A program made the translations under genes and the position numbers. A stretch of DNA of 64,000 nt. Origin: Solirubrobacteraceae bacterium. Its GTDB lineage: Bacteria > Actinomycetota > Thermoleophilia > Solirubrobacterales > Solirubrobacteraceae. How positions within the stretch are numbered: position 1 is the stretch's first letter; every line of letters begins with the position of its first letter. The notes beneath the pieces are model-generated. The model was not told the origin of the DNA. It searched no databases and was given only the letters and a program-made list of their open reading frames with translations. The stretch is taken from the NCBI GenBank assembly GCA_035483545.1, contig DATHPS010000018.1:745-64744 (forward strand). Reading direction: 5' to 3'. Below are positions 10,471 to 20,772 of the stretch, in pieces.

Positions 10471-11373
10471 ATGCCACGAACCCCCCAGCTCCCGAAAACA
10501 CCGCCGAAGATGTTCGAGACGCGCAGCCAGGCGTGGCGCGAGGTCGGTCTCGTGCAGGAGGTCAGTCGCGGCGCCGTCAAACGCGCGCGGCTGGAGGCGC
10601 TGCTGCTCGTGCCGCTGTTCGTCGCGGTCGTGCTGCTCTACGACAACCGCGCCAGCCTCGGGCTGAGGCACAGCTCATCCGAAGTCAAAGGGCTCGTGCA
10701 GGCCGCGACCGCGGTGCTGCTGCTGATTCTCGGCTGGGCGATCGCGCGCGACGCCGGCCGCGCGCTCGGGCCCGCCCTCTTCCGGCGCCTCGACCCCGCG
10801 ACCGCCGGCATCGTCGGTTTCCTGATCCGCCTCGGCACGATCGCCGTCGCACTGCTGATCGCGCTCGTCGTCGCCGGTGTCGAAACGCGCACGCTCGCCG
10901 TCGGCGGCGCCTTCACCGCCGTGATTCTCGGCCTCGCCGCGCAGCAGACGCTCGGCAACCTGATCGCCGGCACGCTCCTGCTCAGCGCCGGCCCCTTCCG
11001 CGTCGGCGATCGCGTGCGTCTGCAGGGCGGCCCGCTCGCCGGCCAGATCGAGGGCATCGCGAGCTCGCTCGGGCTGCTCTACACCACCTTCGCGACCGAC
11101 GAGGGCTCGATCCTCGTGCCCAACAGCGTCGTGCTCAACGTCGCCGTGCACACCGGCGCCGGCGCGCTGCGGACCTACAAGGGCGGCGAGGACTCCGCCG
11201 GCGGTGCGTCGGGGGACCCGGAGGGCGGCGCGGGGGGCGGCGCGGGCTTCTCGCCCGGCGCCGGGCCCTCCGCCGAAGAGTCCGGGCGCTCCGCCGAAGG
11301 AACCGCGCGCCCCGCCCCGCCGCCGCCACCCGCCGGCTCCACTCGCGGCTCGCCGGCGCGCAGGGCGCGGTAG
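10471..11373 (+). CDS. Small-conductance mechanosensitive channel (MscS family)
   Basis: ILGLAAQQTLGNLIAG..PFRVGDRV..LLYTTF..VPNS. Confidence 0.88.
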   Translation: MPRTPQLPKTPPKMFETRSQAWREVGLVQEVSRGAVKRARLEALLLVPLFVAVVLLYDNRASLGLRHSSSEVKGLVQAATAVLLLILGWAIARDAGRALGPALFRRLDPATAGIVGFLIRLGTIAVALLIALVVAGVETRTLAVGGAFTAVILGLAAQQTLGNLIAGTLLLSAGPFRVGDRVRLQGGPLAGQIEGIASSLGLLYTTFATDEGSILVPNSVVLNVAVHTGAGALRTYKGGEDSAGGASGDPEGGAGGGAGFSPGAGPSAEESGRSAEGTARPAPPPPPAGSTRGSPARRAR

Positions 11374-12224
11374 CGCAGCAACAGCTGGCCCTCGCTGGCG
11401 AAGACCGACTCAAGCTCGAGCGCGACCGGAGGATCCAGAACCGGCCCCGCGACGATCCGCAGAGACTCGCTGGCCGCGTCGCCGCCCGCGAGCCGGGGCG
11501 CGAGCGAGAGGAACAGCTCGTCGACCAGTCCCGCAGCGAGCAGCTGCGCGTTCAGGTGCGGGCCACCCTCGCACAGCATCGTGCGCACCCCCGCGCGGCG
11601 CAGCTCCCCGAGCGCCGCAGGCAAATCCAGCTGCCCTTCGCGCGCGCAGCGCACGTATCGCACTTGCGCCGCGCACTCCGGGAGGCTCGCGGGGGACGGT
11701 GTGAGGATCGCCACGCGCGCCGCGGGGTCCGCGAGCAGGGGGATCTCGTCCGCGGGCAGCGCGAGACTCGCCGAGACGATGCACGCGAGCGGTTCCTGCG
11801 CGAGCCCCCGCGCACATCGCAGCGCGCGCGCCGAGTCTTCACGCACGAGACGCCCGTAGCGCTCCGCGCGCATCGTGCCCGCGCCGACCAGCACCGCGTC
11901 GATCGCCGTGCGCAGCGCGTGGAATAGCTCGTGGTCCGCGCGGTTGCCGATCTGACCCGAACGTCCGCCGATCGTCGCGCGGCCATCCGCGGTGCACGCC
12001 ATGTTGAGCAGCACCCGCGGCCGCGCGAGCGGCTCGTGCGCCGTTGCGCTCCGTCCTGCACGCCCCGCGGCCGGCTGCGACCCGCGTGGCTCCCAGAGAC
12101 GCAGCTCCTCGACGACTTCCGCCGCGGTTGCAGTGGTCGTGGGACGGCCGCCGCCGTCGCCCCCGCGCGCACCCGCGTCGCTCAGCAGCCGCGCGAGTTG
12201 GACCGGCTTCGCAGGGGCGCTCAC
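11175..12224 (-). CDS. RibD C-terminal (pyrimidine reductase/DHFR-like) family protein
   Basis: [45 protein letters not shown]. Confidence 0.88.
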   Translation of the reverse strand: MSAPAKPVQLARLLSDAGARGGDGGGRPTTTATAAEVVEELRLWEPRGSQPAAGRAGRSATAHEPLARPRVLLNMACTADGRATIGGRSGQIGNRADHELFHALRTAIDAVLVGAGTMRAERYGRLVREDSARALRCARGLAQEPLACIVSASLALPADEIPLLADPAARVAILTPSPASLPECAAQVRYVRCAREGQLDLPAALGELRRAGVRTMLCEGGPHLNAQLLAAGLVDELFLSLAPRLAGGDAASESLRIVAGPVLDPPVALELESVFASEGQLLLRYRALRAGEPRVEPAGGGGGAGRAVPSAERPDSSAEGPAPGEKPAPPPAPPSGSPDAPPAESSPPL

Positions 12225-12580
12225 AGCCTCACCTTACGACGCCGCTCGCGGCGTCCCCTCAACCACGTCCGCCGTGGCTCCTGCGTCCACGCTCGCCGCG
12301 GTCCCTGTGCGATGTCAGCGGCGGTCCCTGCGCCCATGTCCGCGGCGGCGGCTCGTGTACACGATGTCGCGGGCGGTCGGAAACGTATGCCCCGTCGACG
12401 CGCTTGCGCCGGCCCGGGTATTGCAACAACTTGAGAACACGCGGCGCGTCGCACGTGCTACCGTCGTGCCTGTATGGCCGGCTAGAAAGGTCGGCGAAAG
12501 CAGTGCAAGCTCTCGCAGGTCGAAGCTCTTCGCAGCATCCTCCGCGCAGCAGCACGCACGAATCGTGGAGGAAATATCAC

Positions 12581-12784
12581 ATGCCTACCGGCACAGTGAA
12601 GTGGTTCAGCGACGACAAGGGGTTCGGCTTCATCACCCCCGACGACGGGGACAAGGATCTCTTCGTCCACCACACGGGGATCAATGGAGACGGGTATCGC
12701 TCGCTGCAGGAGGGCACCAAAGTCTCCTACGACGCCGAGGAGGGCGACAAGGGGCCGAAGGCGGTCAACGTCAGCGCAATCTAG
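12581..12784 (+). CDS. cspA: Cold-shock protein
   Basis: [15 protein letters not shown] (RNP1), DLFVHH (RNP2), GPKAVNV; GGAGG RBS. Confidence 0.96.
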   Translation: MPTGTVKWFSDDKGFGFITPDDGDKDLFVHHTGINGDGYRSLQEGTKVSYDAEEGDKGPKAVNVSAI

Positions 12785-12796
12785 TCGCAATCTAGT
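12775..12796. repeat. Perfect tandem 11-bp duplication CGCAATCTAGT x2 at the csp stop codon
   Basis: Copies at 12775-12785 and 12786-12796. Confidence 0.85.
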
Positions 12797-12840
12797 CTGA
12801 GTACCCTTTGAGGGCCCGGCCTCGCCGGGTCCCCAAAGGT

Positions 12841-14427
12841 ATGTCGAGCGACGCGACCACACTCCCTCTCCGGGACCCGCTGGTGGGCGAGCCCCCGAGT
12901 GTGGGGCGACGTCGGCTCCTACCCCCGGAGCGCCGTGCCGCTCTCGGTCTTGACGTGCGCCGCCGCGGTCGCCGCGAGACCGCGATCGCGGTAACCGTGC
13001 TGAGCATCCTCCTGCTGTGCGCCGTCGTGCTCGTCTTCGGCGCCGCCGATCGCCCGAGCTTCCTCTCCGCGCCGAGCCACGTCGGCTTCTTCCCACACTG
13101 GCTCGCCGGTCCGCTCGGCGGCCTGTGGCCAAGCTTCACGCGCAGCCCCGCAGTGCTCAAGTCGCTGTTCACCGGCGCGATCGTCGTGATGTACGTTGCG
13201 TACCTCGTCGGTCTCAAGTACGTGCCGCTACTGCGCGGCCGTTGGGCGATCGCGACGATCGTCGCGGCGCACGCGATCTTCTTCCTCGCCCCGCCGCTGG
13301 CGCTGACGGACGTCTTCAACTACATCAACTACGGGCGCATGGGGGTCCTCGACCATCTCAACCCCTACACCACGATCCCCGCGCTCGAGCCCCACAGCAA
13401 CCCGAGCTTCGATCTCAGCAACTGGCACGGCCTCCTCAGTCCCTACGGACCCACGTTCACGCTGATCACCTACGCCGTCGTGCCGCTCGGCATCGCCGGC
13501 TCGCTGTGGAGCCTGAAGCTCCTGATGCTAAGCGCGAGCCTCGCGACGATCCTGCTCGTCTGGAAGTGCGCGCGCCTGCTCGATCGCGACCCCGTGCAGG
13601 CGATCGTGCTCGTCGGGCTCAACCCGATCGTGCTGCTCTGGGGCCTCGGCGGGGTGCACAACGACTTCCTCACCGTGTTCTTCGTCGTGCTCGCCTTCTA
13701 TCTGTTGCTGCGTGGGGGGGTGCACGAGGTCGTCGCCGGCGTCCGGCCGCGATCCGTAGAGGGCGGCGCCGCGCGGGTGGGTGCGAGCCTCGCGGGGCTG
13801 GCCCTGCTCGACCTCGGCGCGGGAGCCGCGCTCGTCGCGGCGATCTCGTTGAAGGCGTCCGCCGGGATCGTCGCGCCGATCATCCTCGTGGGCCTGCTGC
13901 GCGCGCCGCGGCGGCTGCTTGCGGTGATCGCCGGGATGGCGCTCGCGGGCGTCGTGCTCGGAGCGGCGAGCCTGATCGCGTTCGGCCCGCATCTGCCCGA
14001 CCTCGGGACCCAGGGTCGCCTCGTGATCTCGGTGAGCCTCCCGAACCTGCTCGGCCTGGTCCTCGGGCAGGGAGGGGAGACCGACACGATGCGCACGCTG
14101 CTCAGCGGCGTGCTCGTCGCCTCGGTGCTGCTCAGCGGGCTGCTCGCGTGGCGCTGGCGCGACTCGCTCACCGCGTCCGGGTGGGCGACGATCGCGCTGC
14201 TCGTGACGCTCGCGTGGGTGCTGCCTTGGTACATCCTCTGGGTCCTGCCCCTGGCCGCGCTCTCGCGCTCGCGCAAGCTGCGCGTCGTCGCGCTCGCGCT
14301 GGGCGCCTACCTGATCCTCACGTGGATGCCGCTCGCGACCGCGATGGACAGCGCGCTCGGCTTTCACCCCAGCAAAACGCCGCTCGGGGAACTGCACCAG
14401 CGCTACGTCCGCGAACTGCTGAACTGA
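12841..14427 (+). CDS. Polytopic GT-C glycosyltransferase (MptA/MptB-like or GT87 mannosyltransferase)
   Basis: TDVFNYINYGR..NPY, SPYGP, LNP..GGVHND, LPWY; many transmembrane helices. Confidence 0.8.
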   Translation: MSSDATTLPLRDPLVGEPPSVGRRRLLPPERRAALGLDVRRRGRRETAIAVTVLSILLLCAVVLVFGAADRPSFLSAPSHVGFFPHWLAGPLGGLWPSFTRSPAVLKSLFTGAIVVMYVAYLVGLKYVPLLRGRWAIATIVAAHAIFFLAPPLALTDVFNYINYGRMGVLDHLNPYTTIPALEPHSNPSFDLSNWHGLLSPYGPTFTLITYAVVPLGIAGSLWSLKLLMLSASLATILLVWKCARLLDRDPVQAIVLVGLNPIVLLWGLGGVHNDFLTVFFVVLAFYLLLRGGVHEVVAGVRPRSVEGGAARVGASLAGLALLDLGAGAALVAAISLKASAGIVAPIILVGLLRAPRRLLAVIAGMALAGVVLGAASLIAFGPHLPDLGTQGRLVISVSLPNLLGLVLGQGGETDTMRTLLSGVLVASVLLSGLLAWRWRDSLTASGWATIALLVTLAWVLPWYILWVLPLAALSRSRKLRVVALALGAYLILTWMPLATAMDSALGFHPSKTPLGELHQRYVRELLN

Positions 14428-14859
14428 TCAGCGGTCCTCCGCGGAGGGCGGACGGCGGGCGGCCTTGCGCTGGCCCGCGCGGCGCTTGGCCTCCAGTCGC
14501 CGCGCGCGCGAGGCGGCCGTCGGGCGCGTCGGGCGGCGCTTGCGCGGCACCGCGAGCGCGCGCGCCAGGCGCTCCGCGAGGCGGGCCAGCGCGAGCTCCC
14601 GGTTGCGCGCCTGCGAGCGCTCGTCCTGCGCGACCGCGACCACGCGCGGACCCACCCGCGCCAGCACGTGCGCGCGTTGGCGCTCGCTGAGCGCGCGCGA
14701 GGCGCGCACGTCGAAGCTCGCCTCGATCCGCGAGGCGGTCACGTTCGCGTGCTGCCCGCCCGGCCCCGACGAGCGGCTTGCGCGCAGCACGATCTCCGCG
14801 AGCGGGATCGCGAGGTCGCGATCGATCCGGAGCAGCTTCGAAGAGCTCTCAGGCTCCAT
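14428..14859 (-). CDS. arfB: Alternative ribosome rescue factor B (peptidyl-tRNA hydrolase)
   Basis: RSSGPGGQHAN, ERSQARNR, basic tail RRPTRPT..RRLEAKRR. Confidence 0.92.
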   Translation of the reverse strand: MEPESSSKLLRIDRDLAIPLAEIVLRASRSSGPGGQHANVTASRIEASFDVRASRALSERQRAHVLARVGPRVVAVAQDERSQARNRELALARLAERLARALAVPRKRRPTRPTAASRARRLEAKRRAGQRKAARRPPSAEDR

Positions 14860-15277
14860 CGATCGGGCGCACGCGCTGATCCCCGTCGGGGGCGCGACCG
14901 TCGCGGCCCACATAGCCGTCCTTGCCGCCCGCGCACAGGTAGACCGCGTCGACGTCGCCGACGTTGCGCACCTTGCGCAGAGTCGGCGCGTCGACCCGCG
15001 CGAACGCGCCCTCCTGCAGGCGCTGCACCGAGCCGTCGCCGAACTCCATCTCGATCGTGCCGCGATGCACGAAGTACAGCTCCTCCTGGGTCTCGTGCGA
15101 GTGAAAACCCGTTTCGATGCCCGCCGGCAGCACGATCGCGTTGACGCCGAACGCCGTGACGCCGAGGCCCTTGCGGACCTTGCGAAAGCCCGGTCCCTCG
15201 CCCAGGTCCTCAAGTGAGCCGACCGCGTAGCCCGCGCCGGTCCGGACCTTGGGGTACTCCGCTGCGGATGCCTCCAT
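14849..15277 (-). CDS. Cupin domain protein
   Basis: LGVTAFGVN..HSHETQEELYFVHRG; AGGAGAG RBS. Confidence 0.85.
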   Translation of the reverse strand: MEASAAEYPKVRTGAGYAVGSLEDLGEGPGFRKVRKGLGVTAFGVNAIVLPAGIETGFHSHETQEELYFVHRGTIEMEFGDGSVQRLQEGAFARVDAPTLRKVRNVGDVDAVYLCAGGKDGYVGRDGRAPDGDQRVRPIDGA

Positions 15278-15291
15278 TGCAACTCTCCTTT

Positions 15292-15351
15292 GCTCTCGGT
15301 GTTGAGGTGCTCGGCTTGGCTCTCGGTGTTGGGCGCTCGGCTTGGCTCTCG
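15292..15351. repeat. Imperfect 26-27-bp tandem repeat upstream of the cupin gene
   Basis: GCTCTCGGTGTTG(AGGT/GGC)GCTCGGCTTG x2 plus a partial GCTCTCG. Confidence 0.7.
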
Positions 15352-15363
15352 AGTATTCAGCGA

Positions 15364-15726
15364 TCAGTGATCGGCGACGTGTCCGCCGGCGGGCGCGAGC
15401 GGCCTGCCCTCCGCGGCCCAGCGCACGAGGCCGCCGCTCAGCGAATGCGCCTGCACACCCGCCGCGCGCAGCGCCTGCGCGGCCATCTCCGAGCGCGCGC
15501 CGACGCGGCAGTAGAAGACGACCGGCCGCTCGCGGTCCAGCTCGCCGGCGCGCGCGGAGAGCTGGACGAGCTCGATGTGGCGGCTGCCCGCGATGTGCCC
15601 CGCCTCGCGCTCGTAGGCCTCGCGCACGTCGACGAGCTGCAGCTCGGGATCGCGCTCCAGCCACTCCGCGACCTGTGCGGGCTGCGCGTCGATCTGCGCG
15701 CTATCGGGCTCGGATGCGGCGCTCAT
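15364..15726 (-). CDS. Rhodanese-like domain protein
   Basis: LVDVREAYE..GHIAGS, YCRVGARS, LSGGLVRW. Confidence 0.9.
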   Translation of the reverse strand: MSAASEPDSAQIDAQPAQVAEWLERDPELQLVDVREAYEREAGHIAGSRHIELVQLSARAGELDRERPVVFYCRVGARSEMAAQALRAAGVQAHSLSGGLVRWAAEGRPLAPAGGHVADH

Positions 15727-15794
15727 CGCGACCAGCGTAGCGGCCGCTCACACCCGGCTCACCATCCGATGGCGCAGGCCACTAGGATCAGGTG

Positions 15795-16946
15795 GTGACG
15801 ATGGAGGCCCTCGGCGACGTCTACACGATTCCCCAGGAGCACCTGGACTTCTGCGCGACGATCCGCCAGATCGCGCAGGAGCAGATCGCGCCGCGCTCGG
15901 CCGAGATCGACGAGCGCGCCGAATACCCCTGGGACATCCGCAAGCTGCTCGGCGAGCAGGACATCCTCGGCCTGCCGTTCCCAACCGAGTACGGCGGTAC
16001 CGGCACCGGCACGCTGATGCTGAACATGGCGGTCGAGGAGATCGCCAAGATCGACGCCGCGTGCGCGCTGATCCTGATGGTCCAGGAGCTCGGCACGCTG
16101 CCGATCCAGCTGTTCGGCTCCGACGAGCTCAAGGAGCGCTTCCTGCCGAAGTGCGCCAGCGGCGAGTGGACGCCGGCGTTCGCGTTGTCAGAGCCCGAGG
16201 CCGGCTCGGATCCCGCCGGGATGAAGACGACCGCCGTCAAGGACGGCGAGGAGTGGGTCATCAACGGCACCAAGAACTGGATCACGAACCTCGGCGTCGC
16301 GGACTTCTACATCTGCTTCGCCGTCACCGACCGCGCGACGCGGCGGATCACCGCGTTCGTCGTGGAGGCCGACCGGCCGGGCTTCAGCGTCGGCAAGCTC
16401 GAGCACAAGCTCGGCATCCGCGCCTCGCCGACCGGCCAACCGATCTTCGAGGACGTGCGCGTCCCGCAGGCGAACGTCATCGGCGAGGTCGGGCGCGGGC
16501 TCTCGGTCGCGCTCGGCACGCTCGAGCGCACGCGCCTGGGCGCCGCCGCGCAGGCCGTCGGGATCGCGCAGGGCGCGACCGACTACGCCGTGGGCTACGC
16601 GCGCGAGCGCGTCCAATTCGGCAAGCCGATCATCGATCACCAGGCAATCCAGTTCAAGCTCGCCGATATGGAAACACGCACGGCCGCCGCGCGCGAGCTT
16701 CTATACAAGGCCTGCGCGATGGCCGACCGCGGCGATCCGCTGCGCGCCAAGTACTCCTCGATGGCGAAGGTATTCTGCTCGGATACCGCGATGGCGGTCA
16801 CGGTCGAGGCGGTACAGGTGCTTGGCGGCTACGGATACGTCAAGGAGTACCCGGTGGAGCGCATGATGCGGGACGCGAAGATCACCCAGATCTACGAGGG
16901 CACCAACGAGATCCAGCGGCTCGTGATCGCCCGCACGCTCAAATAA
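15795..16946 (+). CDS. Acyl-CoA dehydrogenase
   Basis: ALSEPEAGSD, NGTKNWITN, QVLGGYGY..ERMMRDAKITQIYEGTNEIQR. Confidence 0.95.
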   Translation: MTMEALGDVYTIPQEHLDFCATIRQIAQEQIAPRSAEIDERAEYPWDIRKLLGEQDILGLPFPTEYGGTGTGTLMLNMAVEEIAKIDAACALILMVQELGTLPIQLFGSDELKERFLPKCASGEWTPAFALSEPEAGSDPAGMKTTAVKDGEEWVINGTKNWITNLGVADFYICFAVTDRATRRITAFVVEADRPGFSVGKLEHKLGIRASPTGQPIFEDVRVPQANVIGEVGRGLSVALGTLERTRLGAAAQAVGIAQGATDYAVGYARERVQFGKPIIDHQAIQFKLADMETRTAAARELLYKACAMADRGDPLRAKYSSMAKVFCSDTAMAVTVEAVQVLGGYGYVKEYPVERMMRDAKITQIYEGTNEIQRLVIARTLK

Positions 16947-16976
16947 GGGCGGCGGGCGGCTCTAGACCTTCCGGCG

Positions 16977-17627
16977 ATGCGCGCACCCAAGCCCCCCAGC
17001 GCCTTCGGCCAGCTCAGACGGATTGGGCTGGCGGCGCTCATCGCGCTATCGCTCGGGCTCGTCGTGATCGTGCTCGGCGCCGGCTTCAGCTCCGACGGCG
17101 CGGTGCGCACGGTCGAGGATCTCGGGCTCGGCATCGCGGCGATCGCGATCCTCACCGCGATCGCCGCGACGATCGCCGTGCGCCTCGCCGGCTGGCGCAA
17201 CCCCGAGTCCGAGGAGGACTTCGAAGAGATCGTGCGCCGCGCCGAGCAGCTCGGCCGCGAAGGGCTCGCCGTGGACCCCGAGGAAGCGGAGTTCATGGAG
17301 CTCGACCCGCTCAACGACGATGACTTCGAGGAGCTCGTGCGTGACGCGCTCGATGACCTGCCGGACCTGCTGCGCAACGCGCTGCGCCACGTCGCGGTCG
17401 TGATCTCCGACGGCGGGCGCCGCGCCGGTGCCTATGGCCTCTATCAGGGCGGCCAGAGCCGGCGCGAGGACACCCACGACCGCATCATGATCTTCCGCGA
17501 CACGCTGCGGCGGGATTTCGGGCACGACCCCGAGTTGCTGCGCAACCAGGTCGTGCGGACGGTGCGCCACGAGCTCGCGCACCACGTCGGCTTCGATGAG
17601 CTGGGCGTCTCGCGCCTGGACCTCTAG
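16977..17627 (+). CDS. Membrane-anchored zincin-like metallopeptidase
   Basis: Two N-terminal TM helices; YGLYQG, DRIMIFR, TVRHELAHHVG. Confidence 0.8.
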   Translation: MRAPKPPSAFGQLRRIGLAALIALSLGLVVIVLGAGFSSDGAVRTVEDLGLGIAAIAILTAIAATIAVRLAGWRNPESEEDFEEIVRRAEQLGREGLAVDPEEAEFMELDPLNDDDFEELVRDALDDLPDLLRNALRHVAVVISDGGRRAGAYGLYQGGQSRREDTHDRIMIFRDTLRRDFGHDPELLRNQVVRTVRHELAHHVGFDELGVSRLDL

Positions 17628-17719
17628 CCTCGGATCGACTTCGTGGCATAAGATGCGCGCCCGAGGGGAGCGGCAGCCGCTGCGCCGGGGGCCCAAACGA
17701 CCAAGGAGAAAGCTTTCTG

Positions 17720-18913
17720 ATGCCTGACGCCGTAATCGTCGACGCCGTGCGCACGCCCATCGGGCGCGCCGTCAAGGGGTCGCTCAAATCCGTGCGCGCC
17801 GACGACCTCGCGGCGGTGCCGCTGAAGGCGCTGCTGGAGCGCAACCCGCAGCTGGAGTCGAGCTCGATCGTGGACGTGATGATGGGCTGCGGCTTCGCCG
17901 AGGGCGAGTCCGGCTACAACATCGGGCGCAACGCGGCGCTGCTCGCGGGCATCGACCACCACGTGCCCGGCACCACCGTCAACCGCTTCTGCGCCTCCTC
18001 GCTGCAGACGACGCGGATGGCCTTCCACGCGATCAAGGCCGGCGAGGGCGACACCTACATCGCCTGCGGCGTCGAGGCCGTCTCGCGCGCCACGCAGGGC
18101 GGCGCGTTTGAGTTCCACCCCAAGCTCGACGGCTCGGAGGGCTCGCTCTATAACGTCTACATCCCGATGGGTCTCACCGCGGAGAACGTCGCCGAGAAGT
18201 GCAACGTCAGCCGCGAGGCGCAGGACGAATGGGCCGTGACCTCCCAGAGCCGCGCCGTTGCGGCGCAGGAGTCCGGGCACTACGACGTCGAGATCGTCCC
18301 CGTAACCGCGCCCGCGCACAAGGACAAGGACCGCGAAGGCAACGAGATCGACGTCCCCGAGCAGGTCGTCACCAAGGACGACGGCCCGCGCGCCGGCACG
18401 ACGCTGGAGAAGCTCTCGCAGCTAAAGCCCGCGTTCAAGCCCGACGGCACCGTGACCGCCGGCAACGCCTGTCCGCTCAACGACGGCGCCGCCGCGCTGC
18501 TCGTGACATCCGCGGAGCGCGCCGCGGAGCTCGGGCTGAAGCCCAAAGTGAAGATCCTCGCCTCGACGGTCGTCGCGATCCGCCCCGAGATCATGGGTCT
18601 CGGCCCGGTGCCCGCGATCGAGCTACTGCTCAAGAACACCGGCATGTCGATGAGCGACATCGACGTCGTCGAGATCAACGAGGCCTTCGCCGCGCAGATC
18701 GTGCCCTGCAAAGAGCGCCTCGGGATCGACGACGAGAAGCTCAACCCCTTCGGCGGGGCGATCGCGCTCGGGCACCCCTTCGGGATGACCGGCGCGCGGA
18801 TCATGACGACGCTGATCAACGATCTGCAGACGCTCGACGGCACCTACGGCATCGAGTCGATGTGCGTCGCCGGCGGCATGGGCATGGCGATGCTCGTGGA
18901 GCGCGTCAGCTGA
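17720..18913 (+). CDS. Acetyl-CoA C-acyltransferase (thiolase)
   Basis: RTPIGRA, NRFCASSLQ, NEAFAAQ, GGAIALGHPFG, MCVAGGMG. Confidence 0.95.
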   Translation: MPDAVIVDAVRTPIGRAVKGSLKSVRADDLAAVPLKALLERNPQLESSSIVDVMMGCGFAEGESGYNIGRNAALLAGIDHHVPGTTVNRFCASSLQTTRMAFHAIKAGEGDTYIACGVEAVSRATQGGAFEFHPKLDGSEGSLYNVYIPMGLTAENVAEKCNVSREAQDEWAVTSQSRAVAAQESGHYDVEIVPVTAPAHKDKDREGNEIDVPEQVVTKDDGPRAGTTLEKLSQLKPAFKPDGTVTAGNACPLNDGAAALLVTSAERAAELGLKPKVKILASTVVAIRPEIMGLGPVPAIELLLKNTGMSMSDIDVVEINEAFAAQIVPCKERLGIDDEKLNPFGGAIALGHPFGMTGARIMTTLINDLQTLDGTYGIESMCVAGGMGMAMLVERVS

Positions 18914-18926
18914 CGATCTGAAGATC

Positions 18927-18968
18927 GGCCTCGCGCGCCGCCCGGTGTGGATGGCGCGCGAGGGCCGG
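18927..18968. terminator. GC-rich hairpin downstream of thiolase
   Basis: CCTCGCGCGCC...GGCGCGCGAGG inverted repeat. Confidence 0.5.
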
Positions 18969-19041
18969 TTGGTGTTGGGATTGGCCGCCCGCAGGGCGGC
19001 CCCGCGGGATCGGCTTGTGCGGTGAGACGCCCGGTGGACTC

Positions 19042-19557
19042 CTAGGTGTCGATGTCCAAGCCGGGGATCGGGTCTATCGGGAGCTCGCCGTGGATCCCAG
19101 TCAGGCCAATCAGGTCATTGCGGTCTTGAGGGCGGCCGGCAAGGCGCTTAAAGCCAACGATGCTGGCCAGACTGGCGACATAGAAGAGGCCGGTCCCCAT
19201 GTTTGCCTCGATCGCGCGCTCGCGCACCGTGGCGAAATCTAGCGGGGGGAGGCCACCGCGCATGATGTCAACCACGCCGGCGCTGGTTGTAGCGCGCAGG
19301 TGTGTTTGGTCGAGGAGGTGCTCGTCTCTTAGCGGGGCGTTGTCGCGGTATCGCACGCTGTTCAGGGAACGCAGCGCAGCGAGCACGGATCGGTCGTTGT
19401 CCGGGTCGTCGGGAACCAGTAGGTCCACATCCTTTGTTGCGCGAATGAACCGATTGACGATTACCGCGAAGCCGCCTATGACGACGAAAGTGACGTCAGC
19501 GGCCAGGAAGGCGTTGGTGACGGCCTCGAGGTCAGGCGGGTCGAGCAGCTCTGTCAT
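19042..19557 (-). CDS. Polymerase-beta-type nucleotidyltransferase, putative toxin (AbiEii/MenT/DUF6036-like)
   Basis: IGGFAV..RATKDVD motif and C-terminal K..AGRPQDRND. Confidence 0.75.
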   Translation of the reverse strand: MTELLDPPDLEAVTNAFLAADVTFVVIGGFAVIVNRFIRATKDVDLLVPDDPDNDRSVLAALRSLNSVRYRDNAPLRDEHLLDQTHLRATTSAGVVDIMRGGLPPLDFATVRERAIEANMGTGLFYVASLASIVGFKRLAGRPQDRNDLIGLTGIHGELPIDPIPGLDIDT

Positions 19558-19741
19558 TCTTGGCGCGCTCGACTGCGCGGAGCAGCAGCCATGCCTGCCT
19601 CGATAGCTGTTGTCCCTGGCGCAACAGTACCTCCACCGGCGTATCGGGCGGTGGCGTCAGCGCGCGGCGCTTCTCCTCGTTGAGCACGGCCCACTCGGCC
19701 TCGTGGCCCGGCTCGAGCAGCGTGCGGACGCGATCGCTCAT
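19532..19741 (-). CDS. Small protein, putative antitoxin of the nucleotidyltransferase
   Basis: 69 aa; overlaps the NTase start; TAGAAT box 6 nt before ATG (leaderless). Confidence 0.6.
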   Translation of the reverse strand: MSDRVRTLLEPGHEAEWAVLNEEKRRALTPPPDTPVEVLLRQGQQLSRQAWLLLRAVERAKNDRAARPA

Positions 19742-19843
19742 AACTCGATTCTACCGTACAGCGGACCCAGGCGCACTTGTTTGTCTGCAAAAAGCCATTC
19801 AGTGGCAAGCGTGGATGTCATTCCCGCCGATGACGCTGCGCGC

Positions 19844-20608
19844 TCAGCGCGGCGGCATCCGCAGCGCGCCGTCGAGCCGGATGACCTCGCCGTTGAGCAT
19901 CGCGTTCTCGACGATGTGCGCCGCGAGCCGCGCGTACTCCTCGGGGCGGCCGAGGCGCGGGGGATAGGGCACGCCCGCGCCGAGCTTCAACCGCGCCTCC
20001 TCGGGCAGCGCGGCGAGCAGCGGCGTGTCGAACAGCCCCGGCGCGATCGTGCAGACGCGGATCGCGTACTGCGCGAGGTCGCGTGCGGCGGGGAGCGTCA
20101 TGCCGACGACACCGCCCTTTGACGCCGCGTACGCGATCTGGCCGATCTGGCCGTCGTAAGCCGCGATCGAGGCGGTGTTCACGCAGACCCCGCGCTCGCC
20201 GTCCTCGCCGTGGGGCTCGTTTGCGAGCATCGCGCTGGCCGCGAGGCGCAGCACGTTGAACGTGCCGATCAGGTTGATCTGCAGGATCGTCTCGAACGGC
20301 AGCAGCGGGTGCGGGCCCTTGGCGCCCGCGACCTTCTGCGCCCAACCCGTGCCCGCGCAGCAGATGACGATGCGCAGGCCTCCACCGACAGCAGCCGCGT
20401 GCTCGACGGCGCCCCGCACCTGTGTCTCCTCGCGCACGTCGCACGCGACGAGCTCGGCCCCGAGCTCGCTGGCGAGCGCCTCGCCCTTCTCGGTGTTGAC
20501 GTCCGCGATCGTCACGAGCGCGCCGCGCGCGTGCAGCTCGCGCGCGCTCGCCGCGCCGAGACCCGACGCGCCGCCGACGACGAGCGCTGAGCTGCCCTCG
20601 ATCTGCAC
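19844..20608 (-). CDS. SDR, 3-hydroxyacyl-CoA dehydrogenase type II-like
   Basis: [44 protein letters not shown]. Confidence 0.93.
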   Translation of the reverse strand: MQIEGSSALVVGGASGLGAASARELHARGALVTIADVNTEKGEALASELGAELVACDVREETQVRGAVEHAAAVGGGLRIVICCAGTGWAQKVAGAKGPHPLLPFETILQINLIGTFNVLRLAASAMLANEPHGEDGERGVCVNTASIAAYDGQIGQIAYAASKGGVVGMTLPAARDLAQYAIRVCTIAPGLFDTPLLAALPEEARLKLGAGVPYPPRLGRPEEYARLAAHIVENAMLNGEVIRLDGALRMPPR

Positions 20609-20772
20609 GGGTGGCAGCCTATCTCACGGGCGGACCCCACCCGATGTAGCGTGCTGTCTGCGGCCTTCGCTAATGTCTTCAGCAGCCATGTATTCCTTGC
20701 GCAACCAAATGGGCATCGGTCGGGCCACGAGGGTGGGGCTGTTGGTCCGGTCTCGTATTCGGCGCTAGCCTC

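Noticed and set aside
20640-20770. Possible Abi C-terminal domain remnant (LRNQMGIG) upstream of Uma2
   Set aside because: The match is too short and lacks the expected His; it cannot be supported.
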